Positions 1-17,985 of a stretch of 64,000 nucleotides of DNA are shown here, piece by piece (position 1 is the stretch's first letter; the number at the start of each line of letters is the position of its first letter). Under the pieces are notes generated by a model that was given only the letters and a program-made list of their open reading frames with translations, searched no databases and had not been told where the DNA came from. The position numbers and the translations under genes were made by a program. Source of the stretch: the human T2T-CHM13v2.0 reference genome, Homo sapiens; the NCBI RefSeq assembly GCF_009914755.1, contig NC_060931.1. One strand, given 5' to 3'.

Positions 1-202
1 TGGCTTATGACTCCAAGAGTTAATCGTGTTATTTTGGTAGCTGTCTGTGTAGGTGTGCATGTAGTTGCGAGTTTGTATTGTGTTTTACAAGCAAAAATAT
101 ATTATGTTTCAACTTTCTGAAATGCTTATAATTGACATGATTCAATGAAATGTAGCTTTTTCTGTGTATTGTTTGTTCAAAAGCATTAATCCACAAGCAC
201 AG

Positions 203-628
<426 letters not shown>

Positions 629-948
629 TAAATAAAACATTTGAAAGGCATGAAAAGATAGCAGTGATCAAGATCAGAGGCTCTGATTTGAAATGAGCAG
701 GCTTGAATATGTAAGCGTTGGATGTTTATGTAGACCCACAACCAGTTCAGTAGAAACCTCACTGACCACATTGAAGCAGAGAGGAGGAAAAATGTATAAA
801 GAAGTCAAGTTCTAATACAGGAAAACTAACCTGACCTATGTGCACAAAAACTTTTAAATTATCTAATTGCCCCATCTGAAATTTTGGGAAACCTAATGAT
901 TTCACAGCTTCTAAATTCTACTGCCCAATTTGGATAACATCATATATC

Positions 949-1567
949 CTAGTGGTTCTCAACGTGGCTATGCATTAGAATCACCTGAGGAGTTTAAAAA
1001 TCCCAACGTCTAGGCTACAACTCAGAGAAAATCTGTAAGAAACTCTGGGGGGTGAAATCCAGGCACTGGTAATTTTTTTTTTTAATTTAGAGAGAGTCTC
1101 TCTCTGTTGCCCAGGCTGGAGTACAATGGCATCATCATAGTTTAGTGCAGCCTCGGACTCCTGGGCTGAAGCAATCCTCCCAAGTAGCTGGAATCAAAGG
1201 CACATGCCGCCACATCCAGCTAATTAAAAAAATTTCTTTTTGTAGAGACAGGGTCTTGCTATGTTGCCCAGGATGGTCTCCAACACCTGGCCTCAAGCAA
1301 TCCTCCTGTCTCAGCCTCTGGTAATATATATCAGAAACATATATATTATTAGTAGGTATTATAAGACTTTTTTTAAGAAGAGAAAGCTAAGGCCTACAAG
1401 AGTTAAAAAACTTACCCTAGGTTACTCAAACCTAGGCCCAAAACCCCTGTTCCAATCCTCCTGTCACCTCCCAAAGTGCTGAGATTACAGTCATGAGCCA
1501 CTGCATCCAGCCAGTATTTTTTAAAGCTCCCTGGTGATTCCAAATTGCAGCCAAAGTTGAGAAGGGC
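949..1567. mobile_element. MER5A-like DNA transposon split by a minus-strand AluJ (~1072-1513), which itself carries a ~150-bp insertion
   Basis: agtggttctcaac...tagaatcacctg and gtgattccaaattgcagccaaagttgagaa MER5 ends flank the Alu; paralog at ~39813-40280. Confidence 0.75.
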
Positions 1568-2730
1568 TGGATAAAGTGTTCCCTGAACATGTCGTGCTTA
1601 TCCCTGCCTCTGAGCTTTGCTCCTGCCTTCCTGTGTCATATGCTCATGTTTTTTCCCTCTTTTCTGTCTTTTTTTTTTTTTTTTTTTTTTCTTTTGAGGC
1701 CCAGCTTATACTCTACCTGAAGGACTCCCCTGACAACTGCGGGCTGTATGTATCTCTTCTTTCTCTGCCCTTTCTGACTCTGTCTATGCCGCTGTGATGT
1801 TATCTGAGGCAGCCTCAGTGTCATGATTGATGGCTCCATAGAAGGGAACTCTAGCACTTTAATTGGACTATAAGAATCCCAGAAAAAGGGAGCACATTGT
1901 ATACATTTACATCCTGACAACTTCTGAGCAGGATCTGGAACATGTAATAGATGGCTACTAAATACATATTGCACTGGAGGCTGCTGCTAACATGTATGGT
2001 ATCTTTGGGCAAGTTTGGAAAATGCCCAATATAGGCTAAAAATTATACAAAGATTCCCTTCCTTGCGTGTCCATGCAGTTTCTGTACCAGGAAGCATGGC
2101 TGGATATGCAAACAGTGGGTCAGGCTTCAGTCCCACACAACTCCATGGCCGGGTGCCCCTATCAGGGTGTAATCTGAATGCATGACCTTCCTGCAAACCA
2201 AAGCATGCTTAGTGTGGGAGAGAGGGACTCAGGACCCACAAGTGAGGCTTCTCCGTATGCTGCAGCCTCTTCCTGACTAACACAGCTTGCCCAGGTTTGG
2301 GTGTGCAATGCACACACACAACAGCAGCTCCCTGCTATCATTTGGATTCATTAAAAATTAAATCATCTCATAAGCTTACAAATGTTGATTTTTATTTACT
2401 TTTTATTTTTTTGCATTACAAAACTTTCATATTTCCCCTGTGTACAGAAGTTTAATTTTTTATGTGTTTCTTCACGTGTAAGGTGAGAGTGGCAAGAACA
2501 TAAAATCTTTACCTGTTACTCCTAGTTTTTCTTGCGCTGGGGAGGGGCAGTAGGGCTGGAACCAGTCACTGATGGGCACCCAGGCCCTGGACTAAAATTT
2601 CCTGTGAATGCTTCGGCTAACCCTGTTACGGTGGATCCTTTAGCAATTTCTGCCCCAGGGAGGACTAAGGCAAGCCAGGGTCCCTGTAGTCCCTCTAGAG
2701 CTGCCCATAAGGTATTCCTTTCTATGATAG

Positions 2731-7169
<4,439 letters not shown>

Positions 7170-7465
7170 GGTTGAATCTCCTGGTGAGATTATACAGGAG
7201 ATTCTCTTTCTTCGCTGAAGTGTGACTACCTCCACTCATGTCCCATTTTAGCCAAGCTTATTTAAGATCACAGTGAACTTAGTCCTGTTATAGACGAGAA
7301 TCGAGGTGCTGTTTTAGACATTTATTTCTGTATGTTCAACTAGGATCAGAATATCACAGAAAAGCATGGCTTGAATAAGGAAATGACAATTTTTTCCACT
7401 TATCTGATCAGAACAAATGTTTATTAAGCATCAGAAACTCTGCCAACACTGAGGATGTAAAGATC

Positions 7466-7471
7466 AATAAA
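7466..7471 (+). terminator. AKR1B10 polyadenylation signal
   Basis: AATAAA ~300 nt after the stop codon; the equivalent site is present in the paralog (45885). Confidence 0.75.
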
Positions 7472-8044
7472 AAAAATAATAATCATAACCAACATGTATT
7501 GAGACTGTACTATGTGCCAACACAATTTGAAGTGTTTTCCTGTGGGTGAAGTCATTGAATCCTCAGAATAATCCCTTTGGGGTAGGTATTCTTAACATCT
7601 TATTATTCACATTTGCTGGAAGAGGAAATGGAGGTAGAGGGGAGGGAGGAGGAACTTGCTCAAGGCCACCCAGGTAGTAAGTGACTGAACCAAGTTTCAA
7701 AGGGAGGCAGGCTCTGGGGTAGCTCACAGCGATCGATGGTCATCCTCTTTCTCCTGAGCCTTTTCCTGCCACCTTTCCTTCTTGCCTGTCTCCACTCATT
7801 CCCTGTCTTGCTCTCACAGCTTGCCTTCAACACCATTGTGCCAAAGAGTCAATGGCAGAGCCTGCAAACTCCACAAAGATGCTAGTGTTCATTGAGAGAG
7901 GTGCGGCATTTTCTTGGGAAGTAGAGGTGTGGCATTTCCTTGGGAAGTAGGGTGGAAAAACAATAAAGATACTTACTATTGCCATTAATCTGGAACATTT
8001 CTGTTTGTCCTATAATAATTGCTTCTTATGAAATATTCCAACTA

Positions 8045-8323
<279 letters not shown>

Positions 8324-9299
8324 TTAAAGAAATTAGGGGTTACCAATATAGTCGAGGACCACTTTGTGCCTCTCCCCATCCCCATTCCACTGACCCCCCT
8401 CTCCAGAGGCAAATGCTTATCCTAAATTGGTGAGTCCCCTCATCCTCTGTTTGGGGTTGGGGGGTACACCTACATTCCCAAGCTTCCTTGCTATGTTAGG
8501 AATTCCTCTGGGTTTGCTCAGTGAGAGGTACAGTTAGGAGCTTGACGGGCTGGAGAAGGGAAGACCAGGCGTTTCTCTCTCCCTCTCTCCCTGTCTATTG
8601 ACCTTGAGCGGCATCTCCAGTAGAAGGCACGTTTCTCTGTGGGCTCAACTTTTTCCAGGCAGCCTCCACCTTGATTCTATCTCCTACCAGACAAAGCTTC
8701 TGGGATGAGGAAGCAGCACTCTTTCTTTGTCCTTCTTCCTTAGGAGAAGGGATCTCTTCCTGCTGCTGCTAAACTAGTTGCCTCATCTCCTTTCAATAGC
8801 CCAGCTCTTCCATCACGTGTATCTGATCACCTATCATAACCACGTATTTGAATAAAACATGCAATTTTCAAAAATCTTAGCATAGTTTCTTTTCTTCTGG
8901 CTGGCCCTTTGACTGGTATACTTCCCATCCACATTTTTATTATATATGTATTTTTATTATATATGTACACATCCATACACAATCTCACAGACTGGGTGCT
9001 TTTAAAATGTATATAAAATGTATACAACTGATGCACAGGAAGCAATTTCAACCCAGAGCCCAGTGATATCTCCTTAGTGAGCATTTTGTGAACATTTTCT
9101 TCTTTGTGTCACTGTGATTATGACTTGCTTGATAAAAAGCTTTGGTTATAGGATAAAATGATTCGGTTTCTATTATGTGGTTTTTTGTTTGTTTGTTTCA
9201 CTTGAACTTAACCAAACAGAGGTAAATTTAAAAAGCTAATGTGGAGAAATGCTGTGTTTTAAAAAGCAACTTCTTACTTATTCTGTTTTCTGTCTTTGT

Positions 9300-9587
9300 G
9301 GAGAAGGAGTCTTGCTCTGTTGCCCAGGCTGGAGTGGAGTGCAGTGGCATGATCATAGCTCACTGCAACCTTGAATTCCTGGGCTCAAGTGATTCTCCTG
9401 CCTCAGCCTCCTGAGTAGCTGGGACTACAGGCACAGGCATGATGTCCTGCTAATTATTTTTTGTAGAGACAGGATCTTGCGATGTTGCTATGTTTCCCAG
9501 GCTGGTTGGAAACTCCTGGCCTCAAGTGATCCTCCCGCCTCTGCCTTCCAAAATGATGGGATCACAGGCATGCGCCACCTCACCAGC
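9300..9587 (-). mobile_element. AluJ
   Basis: Diverged reverse Alu; paralog at ~47665-47945. Confidence 0.85.
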
Positions 9588-10254
9588 CAGTTATCTGATT
9601 ATATTTTCAGCATTTATATCTCGAGTAATGAGAACCTTACACGTCTCAGGGTCCTCAATGTCACAACTGTAACAAATACAATGCATCCATCCTAACATTT
9701 GTTCACTATTTTGTCCCAATTGGTTGGAAATAAAGCCACCATCATCATCACCTAAACCAAAGCTGCCTTTATGGGGAGACAATCTAAGGTATACACTACA
9801 GGTGTGTGTTAAAAAACTCTTATGATAATGTAGGGAACTTGCATTATGAAGAGAAAGGAAGGGGAGTAACCACAGAGAGGAAGATGGTAAGTAAAGTCAG
9901 TGTGGAAAAGGAAGGGAGCTTGTCGTGGGAAGTAGGGAGGCAAGGAGTGAGGCTCTTATGTTTCAAGTATTCTCTCCATTCATTGTCTAAGAGAGGGCTG
10001 GAAAGATGGGTAGCAGCTACCATGGAGATTCTGGAATCACTGTGACTGTCCTGCCTGGCCCAGGTAATCCAGAGGGCTAGACTTACCCTGTTGTATTTAA
10101 GTGAGATCTGGCAAATGCTGGGCAGATGATGCCAAACTATAACTGGGACCTAAAGGGATTTGGATGTCCCAGGCAAACCCCCTAATGCCTGACTGTCCAG
10201 GGCTGCTCCAGTCATTTCAACAACCTTGCAACAGCTCTGCATTTTACATGATTA

Positions 10255-10380
<126 letters not shown>

Positions 10381-10622
10381 CTATATGAACTATTAAATAT
10401 AAAAAAATTTGGACCCTACTTATTGCATTATTGTGAGATTTAACTGTACATTATATTTAACAATGTACAGATGAGAGAGGCTTCTGTAGAAAATAGTTTT
10501 CAGTAAAATTTGAAAGAACCCTGAAGAGTGAAGATTGTTGGAAATAAGTTTTTTTTTTTTGCTTTAATGACCGTGCATGACTATAGAAATGTAAGCTCCG
10601 AACATATAATTATGCAAAAATA

Positions 10623-10935
10623 GGCCAGTGGCAGTGGCTTACGCCTGTAATGCCAGCACTTTGGGAGGCTGAGGAGGATGGATCACTTGAGGTCAGGAGT
10701 TTGAGACCATCCCGGCCAATATGGTGAAACCTGGTCTCTAATAAAACTATAAAACTTATCTAGGCATGGTGGCACACGCCTCTAATCCCACTCAGGAGGC
10801 TGAGGCACGAGAATTGCTTGAACCTGGGAGGCAGAGGTTGCAGCGAGCTGAGATTGCGCCACTGCACTCCTGCCTGGGTGACAGAGTGAGACTCCATCTC
10901 AAAACAAAAACAAGCAAAGAAACACACAAAAATAA
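10623..10935 (+). mobile_element. Alu (S-type)
   Basis: Full dimer with A-rich tail; paralog at ~48997-49290. Confidence 0.9.
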
Positions 10936-11669
10936 GAGATAAACAAACTTGGACAAAACCATTTGGCAATTTTCTTATAATCAAAAGAGTTTATTCATAT
11001 AAATAAGAAAAATCTCAGATGCCACAAAGAAAGTTTTTACATAAAATTGACCATTAAATGACATGAAAAATTGTACAGACTAGTAATAAAAATGCAAATT
11101 AAAATAAGCTTTATACACTATCAAACCAGCAAAACTTAGAAATAAAAGAAAATCTATCTAGAAAGATTTGAATATTAAGAGGGTTTTTTTCTATGTTGTT
11201 TGGCAACAAGTTTATTTTTGTTATTCTTTTACATAATTTTCAAAATTTCCACAATAGGAAATGAACTTTTACATTCTAGAGAGGCATTAAGGATTTAAAA
11301 AATAACAGATTTAGCTCAATTAGTTATTTTATACATCCACTGGGAAAACCAAATGAAAGAGACACTTTTACTTGAAATTATTCTCATTTAACAAGCCTTT
11401 CGATTTTAGAAAATACGTATTCTGAATGTACAATGCAGTGGAATTTGATTACATTTAATTTTAAATTCTACCTAATTCATTTGTTTTTCCTCATTTGTTG
11501 TCAGCATTTTCCCAGACATTTCATGAAAGTTTTGCACCCTTAAAATCTTATAGTGTTGCCTTCCAGCACTTTTGTTGGTTCAAAAATATCAGCCCCCAGA
11601 TAAGTTAGGGAGAGTTGGTGAGGACCAAGAGGACCTTGACCGTTACTAAAAAATTACGCAAGAGAGGTA

Positions 11670-12035
11670 CTTGTGCCTCAGGGCTCTTGCCCTTGGTATT
11701 CTCACTGCCTGGGATGCTCTGCCCTCAGATATTAGAATAATTCTCTGACTTGTATTTTTAATTTCCTTGCCGATTTATCGTCTTTTCAGAGAGGACTTTC
11801 TTCATCACCCTATTTAAAATTAACCTACCTCCTCTGATATTTCTTCTTGCCCTTCTAAGTGTTTTCTTCTTCTCCATAGCATTTGTTTATCAATATGTCA
11901 TGTATTTTATATATTTGCTGTTTGCTTGCTTACCCTGTTTCTACCCACTAGCATGTAAGCTCTATGAGAGAAGGGATTTTTGAGTTCTGTTAATTATTGT
12001 ATTCCCCGCCTCAATAATATCTGGTGAATAAATAG
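11670..12035 (+). mobile_element. L2 3' fragment running into the GGAT tract
   Basis: cagggctcttgccct...tgtaagctctatgag...caataatatctggtgaataaat. Confidence 0.6.
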
Positions 12036-12256
12036 ATAGATGGAATGGATGGAACAATGGATGGACGAATGGATGGGTGGAGGGACGGAGGCATGGATGG
12101 ATGGTTGGAAACATGGAAAGAAGGAAGGATGGATAGAAAGACAAATGGAAGGAGGGATGGGTGGAAGGATACATGGATTGGGGATGGATGAATGATGGAT
12201 GGATGGATGGATGGATGGATGGATGAATGATGGATGGATGGATGGATGGATGGATG
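12036..12256. repeat. (GGAT)n degenerate microsatellite
   Basis: Direct reading; paralogous tract at ~50360-50690. Confidence 0.95.
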
Positions 12257-12763
12257 TGTGGGATATGATGAGGTTTCTCTTCAGATAACCTGATCAATCT
12301 TTTATTCTTTAATTCATAGTAATCCCTCCACCTTTTTTCCTTTTTCTCCTTTTTTCTCTTTTTTCCTTTGTTACATGCCCAGGCATGCCACAGTACCAGG
12401 TGGTATCTGTACCTGCTCACATTCCTTTCCTTATTTGGAAAGAGGACTAACTTTTTAGCTCATTACAGACACCCCTTCCCCTTTATTCTCTGCCTTTTTT
12501 ACGTGCCCACCTTATCTAAAAAAAATCCAATGTTTAGCCAACCAGGATTAGTTTAGATTGTACGACCTGACCCTGGCCAATGGAGAAAGGGTACAGGGGC
12601 AGTACTTGTGTCAGGAGTAAAGGCTCTCGTGCCCCTTTTTCAGGTGTGCTCTCATGGCGACTGGCCAAGGAGGCACCCCTCTGCGCAGAAGTAAAATTGC
12701 TTTGCTAAGAATCCTTTGTTCAAGTGTTCAATTTCCTTAAGATTTTGAGCGTTATTCCTAACA
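12257..12763 (+). mobile_element. 5' LTR (LTR10B-like)
   Basis: TG...CA termini, AGTAAA poly(A)-like signal, PBS immediately downstream; family assignment from recall. Confidence 0.7.
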
Positions 12764-14556
12764 GTTCTGGAGCCCAACTTTGGGGCTCGAATCTTCTCCT
12801 TTGGGAAGGGGGCCTTCGGTCACCCCACCCGGAGGGGACGCATCCTACTGTCTAGTTACCGTGCCCCTAGGTTGAGGGAGATCAGGGCCCCCCCCGCTTT
12901 GTGACAAATAAGTCTGGATCTCAGCAAAGCGGGGAGGAGAGGCTTGCAAGACCGCAACAATAAGAAGACCAGGAAATTCTTGTGCATGGAATAAGGTAGG
13001 AGACTTGGCGAAGGTGACAAAGTATTTCCCAGGTGGTTGGGATAAGCTGGAGGCTGACAGTGTATGAATGGGACTTAGTATGGTGGTTATGTGGAGTGAG
13101 TGAGTCTTCTCTATGGCCTCATGCTGCCATCTGTCAACTAGAGTCAGGAACAGACAGAGTAGACAAAGAGGAAGGGGGAGGGTAGAAATCCAAACAGGTT
13201 GGGTTGGAGCCTTTCCCCAAAGCCTCAGTAAGCCTCCAGGAAGGGGGAGGGTAGAAATCTCACAGGAGGGGTTGGGCCTCCTCCCCATAATCCCTAAGAT
13301 GGGGAACGTTTCAAGTAAGACAGGAAAACTAAAGAGTCTAGAGAGTGATGAATTTCCTTCTGATAGCCCCTTGGGGCTTATGCTAAAGTATTGAAAAAAT
13401 AATAAGAGAACCAAGTATAAACAAAAACAGCAGATGATAGAATATTGTTGTTTTATTTAAGTTCGAGAACCCATCCTTAAGCCCTCACTTTTCTGGCCAA
13501 AATTTAAGTCTAATGAAGAGCGAATTTGTCAGCTGTTAATCAAATATGTTAACAGTAAGAGCCCTGTGTCCCAGGAAAAATCGATTACGCCCTCTGCTGG
13601 CGGCAGGGACCAGTTCTCCTTTACCCTTTAGACTCTGGAGGGAGAAAATCAGAAACCAACCTTTCTAAAAAGGAAAGAGTTCCCATGCCTAGACAACCCA
13701 TACCTACCAAGACATGGGATCCTCTAAATCACCTTCCTTCCTTCAGCGCCCCCAATCCTGCCCCTTTGGTTCCCCTCTCAGGTCCCTCCGGCTGTGGTTT
13801 CAGGTTACTCCCCAGCTGTTTCAGGCCACGCCCCAGCCTGTGCTGTCCCTTCAGCTGAGGTTTCAAGTTACTCCCCAGCCGCTTCAGGCCACAACCCACC
13901 AAGTTAAAACTATATTAAATCAAAACGCAAGGAGGGAGATCACCAACTCAAAAATTTTAAAATATGAGGCTATCTTTCTGGGAAAAAGGTGATTTAATAT
14001 TAAGTACTAATAATTCACTTTATTCAGCAGGCTCTTTAACGGGGGATCCAAACGTAAAACGAGAGAGCACGCGTGTTTAAATCGAATTAATTACCATACG
14101 AAAGTTCAACCAGACTTAGGAAAAACTCCCTTCAAGACAGGGTGGCACTTATTCATAGATGGAACCTCCCAGGTGATTAAAAGAAAGAGACATAATAGGT
14201 ATTCAGTGATTAATGGAAAGACTGTTAAAAAAGTAAAATCAGGAAGGGGGTCTAATAATTGGTCTGTCCAAGGGTGTGAACTGTTTGCACTCAGCCAAGC
14301 TTTAGGACATTTACAAAACCAAGAAAATCTATCTATGCTGACTCTAAGTATCCCTCTGGGGAGGCACACACATTTGGGAAAATTTGGATGGAGAGGGCTC
14401 TTATCAATAGTAGAGGCCAAGATTTAGTTCATAGAGAACTGATGCTCGTGTCCTCAACAATCTCCAATTGCCAGAAGAGATAGCTATTGTACATGTCCCA
14501 GGGCACCAAAACGACTCGCCTTTCACAAGTCCAGGAAATAATCTTGCAGATCAAAT

Positions 14557-15127
14557 TGTGATACCCTATCTTGTTTTATCCTGATTGACTCTTTCTTAGC
14601 TGAGAGAGTCAATAGCTTGGGAGACTCAATTGAGAGTCAATATCGAGAGAGTCAATAGCTGAGAGAGTCTTAGCTTGGTTTCTTCGCTTGCAGCCCCTTG
14701 TCCCCCTCCTTAAGGACATAACTGGTGCAAGCTGACTCCAAGCACATCCAAGAATGCGCTTATTGATAAGATACTGAGGCAAGCTGTACCAGCAGCTCCT
14801 GGGAGCACACTTGGTTGGTGGTATCCAAAGCCCCTGCTTTTATCACTTTGGGATACTTTAAGCCCCTGCACCTGGAACTGTTTATTTTCCTGTAACTGTT
14901 TCTGTAACCATTTATCTTTTAATTTTTTCCTGTTCTGCTTCTGTAAAAAATTGCTTCAGCTAGACTCCCCCTCCCCTCTTTAGGCCAAGGTATAAAAAGA
15001 ACTCTAGCCTCTTCTTCCGGACCGAGAGAATTTCAAGCTCTAGCTCTTTCTCAGTCGCCAGCAATAAAGGACTCCTGAATTAGTCTCAGAGTGTGGCATT
15101 CTCTCTATGACTTGCTCGGTTACGACA
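14557..15127 (+). promoter_or_regulatory. HERV-T 5' LTR (LTR6); candidate upstream promoter of AKR1B15
   Basis: TATAAAA intact at 14991 (TGTAAAA in the 3' LTR), AATAAA at 15063, strong donor AAG|GTAAGT after 15327. Confidence 0.7.
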
Positions 15128-16779
15128 TTTGGAAGCCCCAGAGAGATTCGCCACCGGGTGAAGACCTGACTCATTCTGGGCTTCCCCAGACAGACAGCTG
15201 GCTTACAGGGCCACCTGAAGACGTTCCAGGGTTCCACAGGCCACTGTCTTCTGGAGGGGAACGGATCGACTGCCGGTGCGCCCAGCCAAATTCAACTCCT
15301 GAGTCCTCAGTCTCTAGTCCCGGGAAGGTAAGTCAGATCTGACTCTGTCTCTCTGGGAGGGAAACGGCCCTGACGAAGGTCCTCCCTCAGACTCTGTCCA
15401 TGCTCCAGGACACTGGAGGACAGAGTCCTGGTTTCTGTCAGGATTCTCTGTTAAGTCTAGTCTCTCTCTCTCTCTATCTCTTCTCCCTCTCTCATTCAGG
15501 TCTCCGGGAGATCTCTGTTTTAGAATGGGTATAAAAATTGTAATAAACTCTGAGTGAGTGAGTGAGTGAGTGAATGTGGAGTTCAAGGGCTTGCGCTTGA
15601 ATTTCCAGTTTGTAGCTCCAGGGTGAAAGCTAGGGAATTCGAGAAGGCCCTCACCTGTGGTTCCGTGGTGACCTCATAAGGCTTAGGGCGGCATCAGGCA
15701 TAGCTCGATCCAAGCCAGGGGTTTATACCAGCCTGCCAATGCCAAGAGGAGCCTAAGTCCCCGAAAGGGGAGCAGCCAGGAGGGCATCTGACTGATCCCA
15801 TCACGGGACCCCCTCCCCTTGTCTGTCTATAAAAATTGCCATGCTTGTTTATATACCCCAGTGCCTATTGTCCTGTTTAGTGTCTGTCTAAATTTCATAT
15901 GTCGGATCGTCGATACTGCCCAAAATGACTGGGCAAGGACTTCTTCAAGGTCCTTAGTACAGATTTTCTATCCCAGGAGGTCAAATTCCTCATTAGTCGG
16001 TTGGGCTGGCCATCCCAGTCCTGCCTTTCCTGTCAGAAACAAATTAGGTGTTGTTATGGGGAAGGGTGTGGAAGACATTCACCCGTTTAGGATTTCTGGC
16101 ACCATAAAGATTGCTGGCGTTTGGATTGCCATACCCCACGCCCCAACGACTGGTCCACCTTCTCCTTAGACCAGTGGTGGATCCAAAATAGCCACCCTGC
16201 TGACCTCCTTACTCACCTTTTCTGTCATCCCATAACTTTTCCCATGCCCTTAAATAAGGCACTGTGCAGAGAAACCTACACCCATACTGCTCTACTCTGT
16301 CTGGACTCTTATTTTACCTCTTTTGGCTACTCTCCAACCTTTAGGGAAATCCAAGTGGCCCCTTTCCTCCTCATCCCCATCCCTTACCCTGCACATCTCA
16401 TTTTCCTGTGTTGCAGCAAGTCCAGCGTCTCTAAGACTTGGCTGTGTTCTCCCTCCTTAAACCCGTGAAGGAAAGGACCGAGTTTGAACATTTTGCTTTC
16501 GAGTCGTGGAGACACCAAAGTTATTTGGGATATAAGTCAAGAAGGGGGGGTCACCTAAGTCCCACTGGCTGAGGATCCCTTGGACCCACCTCTTATCCTC
16601 TCCATAGATCTCGAAGCTTGAGGAGACAGACCTTATGTGGCAAGAAATATTGGCTATAGTTGTTTTCCTACTTCTTCTAGCTATAATACTTCTGTTCTTC
16701 TGATACCATAGCCTCCCAGGCCGTGAATATCTTTGTCCATGCTGGGTTTAATATTTTTGTTCAAACCTTGTTAATTGCC

Positions 16780-17985
16780 TCCAGAATAGTAAACTCTTCT
16801 TCCCGGCCCCATAAAGATTGGAGTCCTCTCCAGTGTATGTTGCAGAATTTCTCTCTAGGCTTCTCAGATGATTACGGGGTCCGCCTTAAAAAAGGCAAAC
16901 TCTGGACACTCTGCGAAGTAGAATGGCCAAAGTTTGGAACTGGGTGGCCCCCAGACGGGTCACTACACTTCACAGCTGTTCAGGCTGTGTGGTGGGTCGT
17001 TGTTGGAACTCCCGGTCACCCCGATCAGTTTCCCTACATTGATCAATGGCTAGATTTAGTCCAGAGCTCTCCTTCATGGCTCCACTCGTGATAAAACTCT
17101 GTAGCCATTCGTGATCCTACCTCCAAGGTCCTTTTTAGCCAGACCTCACTTTTGCCTCCACCCTCAGCTCCCTCGATTCCTCCTGTACTGCCTCCTTCTG
17201 AAGAAGAGGAAAGTTTTCTTCACCCATTTCCACCACCCTATAACCCTCCTGCTCCCCCAGAATCTTCCCTTGTCTCCTCAACTACATCCTCTGTGGCCTC
17301 TCTGCCTATATCCTCCCAATTATGGCCTCAGCCGGAGGAGGTGGCCCCGCTCCTCCCACTGACAGAGGCCCAAATCCCTTTGGGCAGTGGGCATTGTGCT
17401 CCATTTTTAGTTTATGTCCCCTTCTCTACTTCTGACCTGTACAACTGGAAGGCTCATAATCCCCCCTTTTCTGAAAAGCCCCAGGTCTTAACCTCACTGA
17501 TGGAGTCTGTGCTCCAGACTCACCGGCCCACCTGGGATGAGTGTCAGCAACTCCTTTCATCCCTTTTCACCTCTGAAGAGAGGGACCATATCTGAAGAGA
17601 AGCCAGAAAGTATTTCCTTACATCAGCCAGCTTTTAGAGATAGCCCAGAGAGTTTTCGACAATCGAGAATTTGAAAAGCAAAAACAGGTAGCTCAGGCAG
17701 CTGAAAGGGCTGCAGACAAAGCATCAAAAAGACAGGCAAAAAGCTTAGTGGCTGCCATCCAAGAAGCCAAAAAGGAAGGGCCCCCATCACAGAGCACTGA
17801 CCAGGGGACCCCGAGTCCCCACCAGGAAGGCCAGAAACGTGAGAGGACTCCCCTATAAAGAAACCAATGTGCTTCTTGCAAGCAGATTGGACACTGGAGA
17901 AAGGAATGCCCATTAAAGCCAGAGGAGAAACCAGAAAAGAAAAAGGTCCTCACCCTGCCCCGCAGCAGAGGAATCTGATGATTGA
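16780..17985 (+). pseudogene. HERV-T gag remnant
   Basis: Matrix, PPPY late motif, partial capsid (deletion ~17630), zinc knuckle 17868-17909, TGA at 17983; multiple stops. Confidence 0.85.

Noticed and set aside
7899-7950. 26-bp tandem duplication specific to copy 1 (and a similar one at ~48763-48813 in copy 2)
   Set aside because: Ordinary slippage events with no visible functional context
11962-12420. His/Pro/Ser/Ile-rich ORFs (also 50291-50725)
   Set aside because: Translation of the (ATCC)n microsatellite
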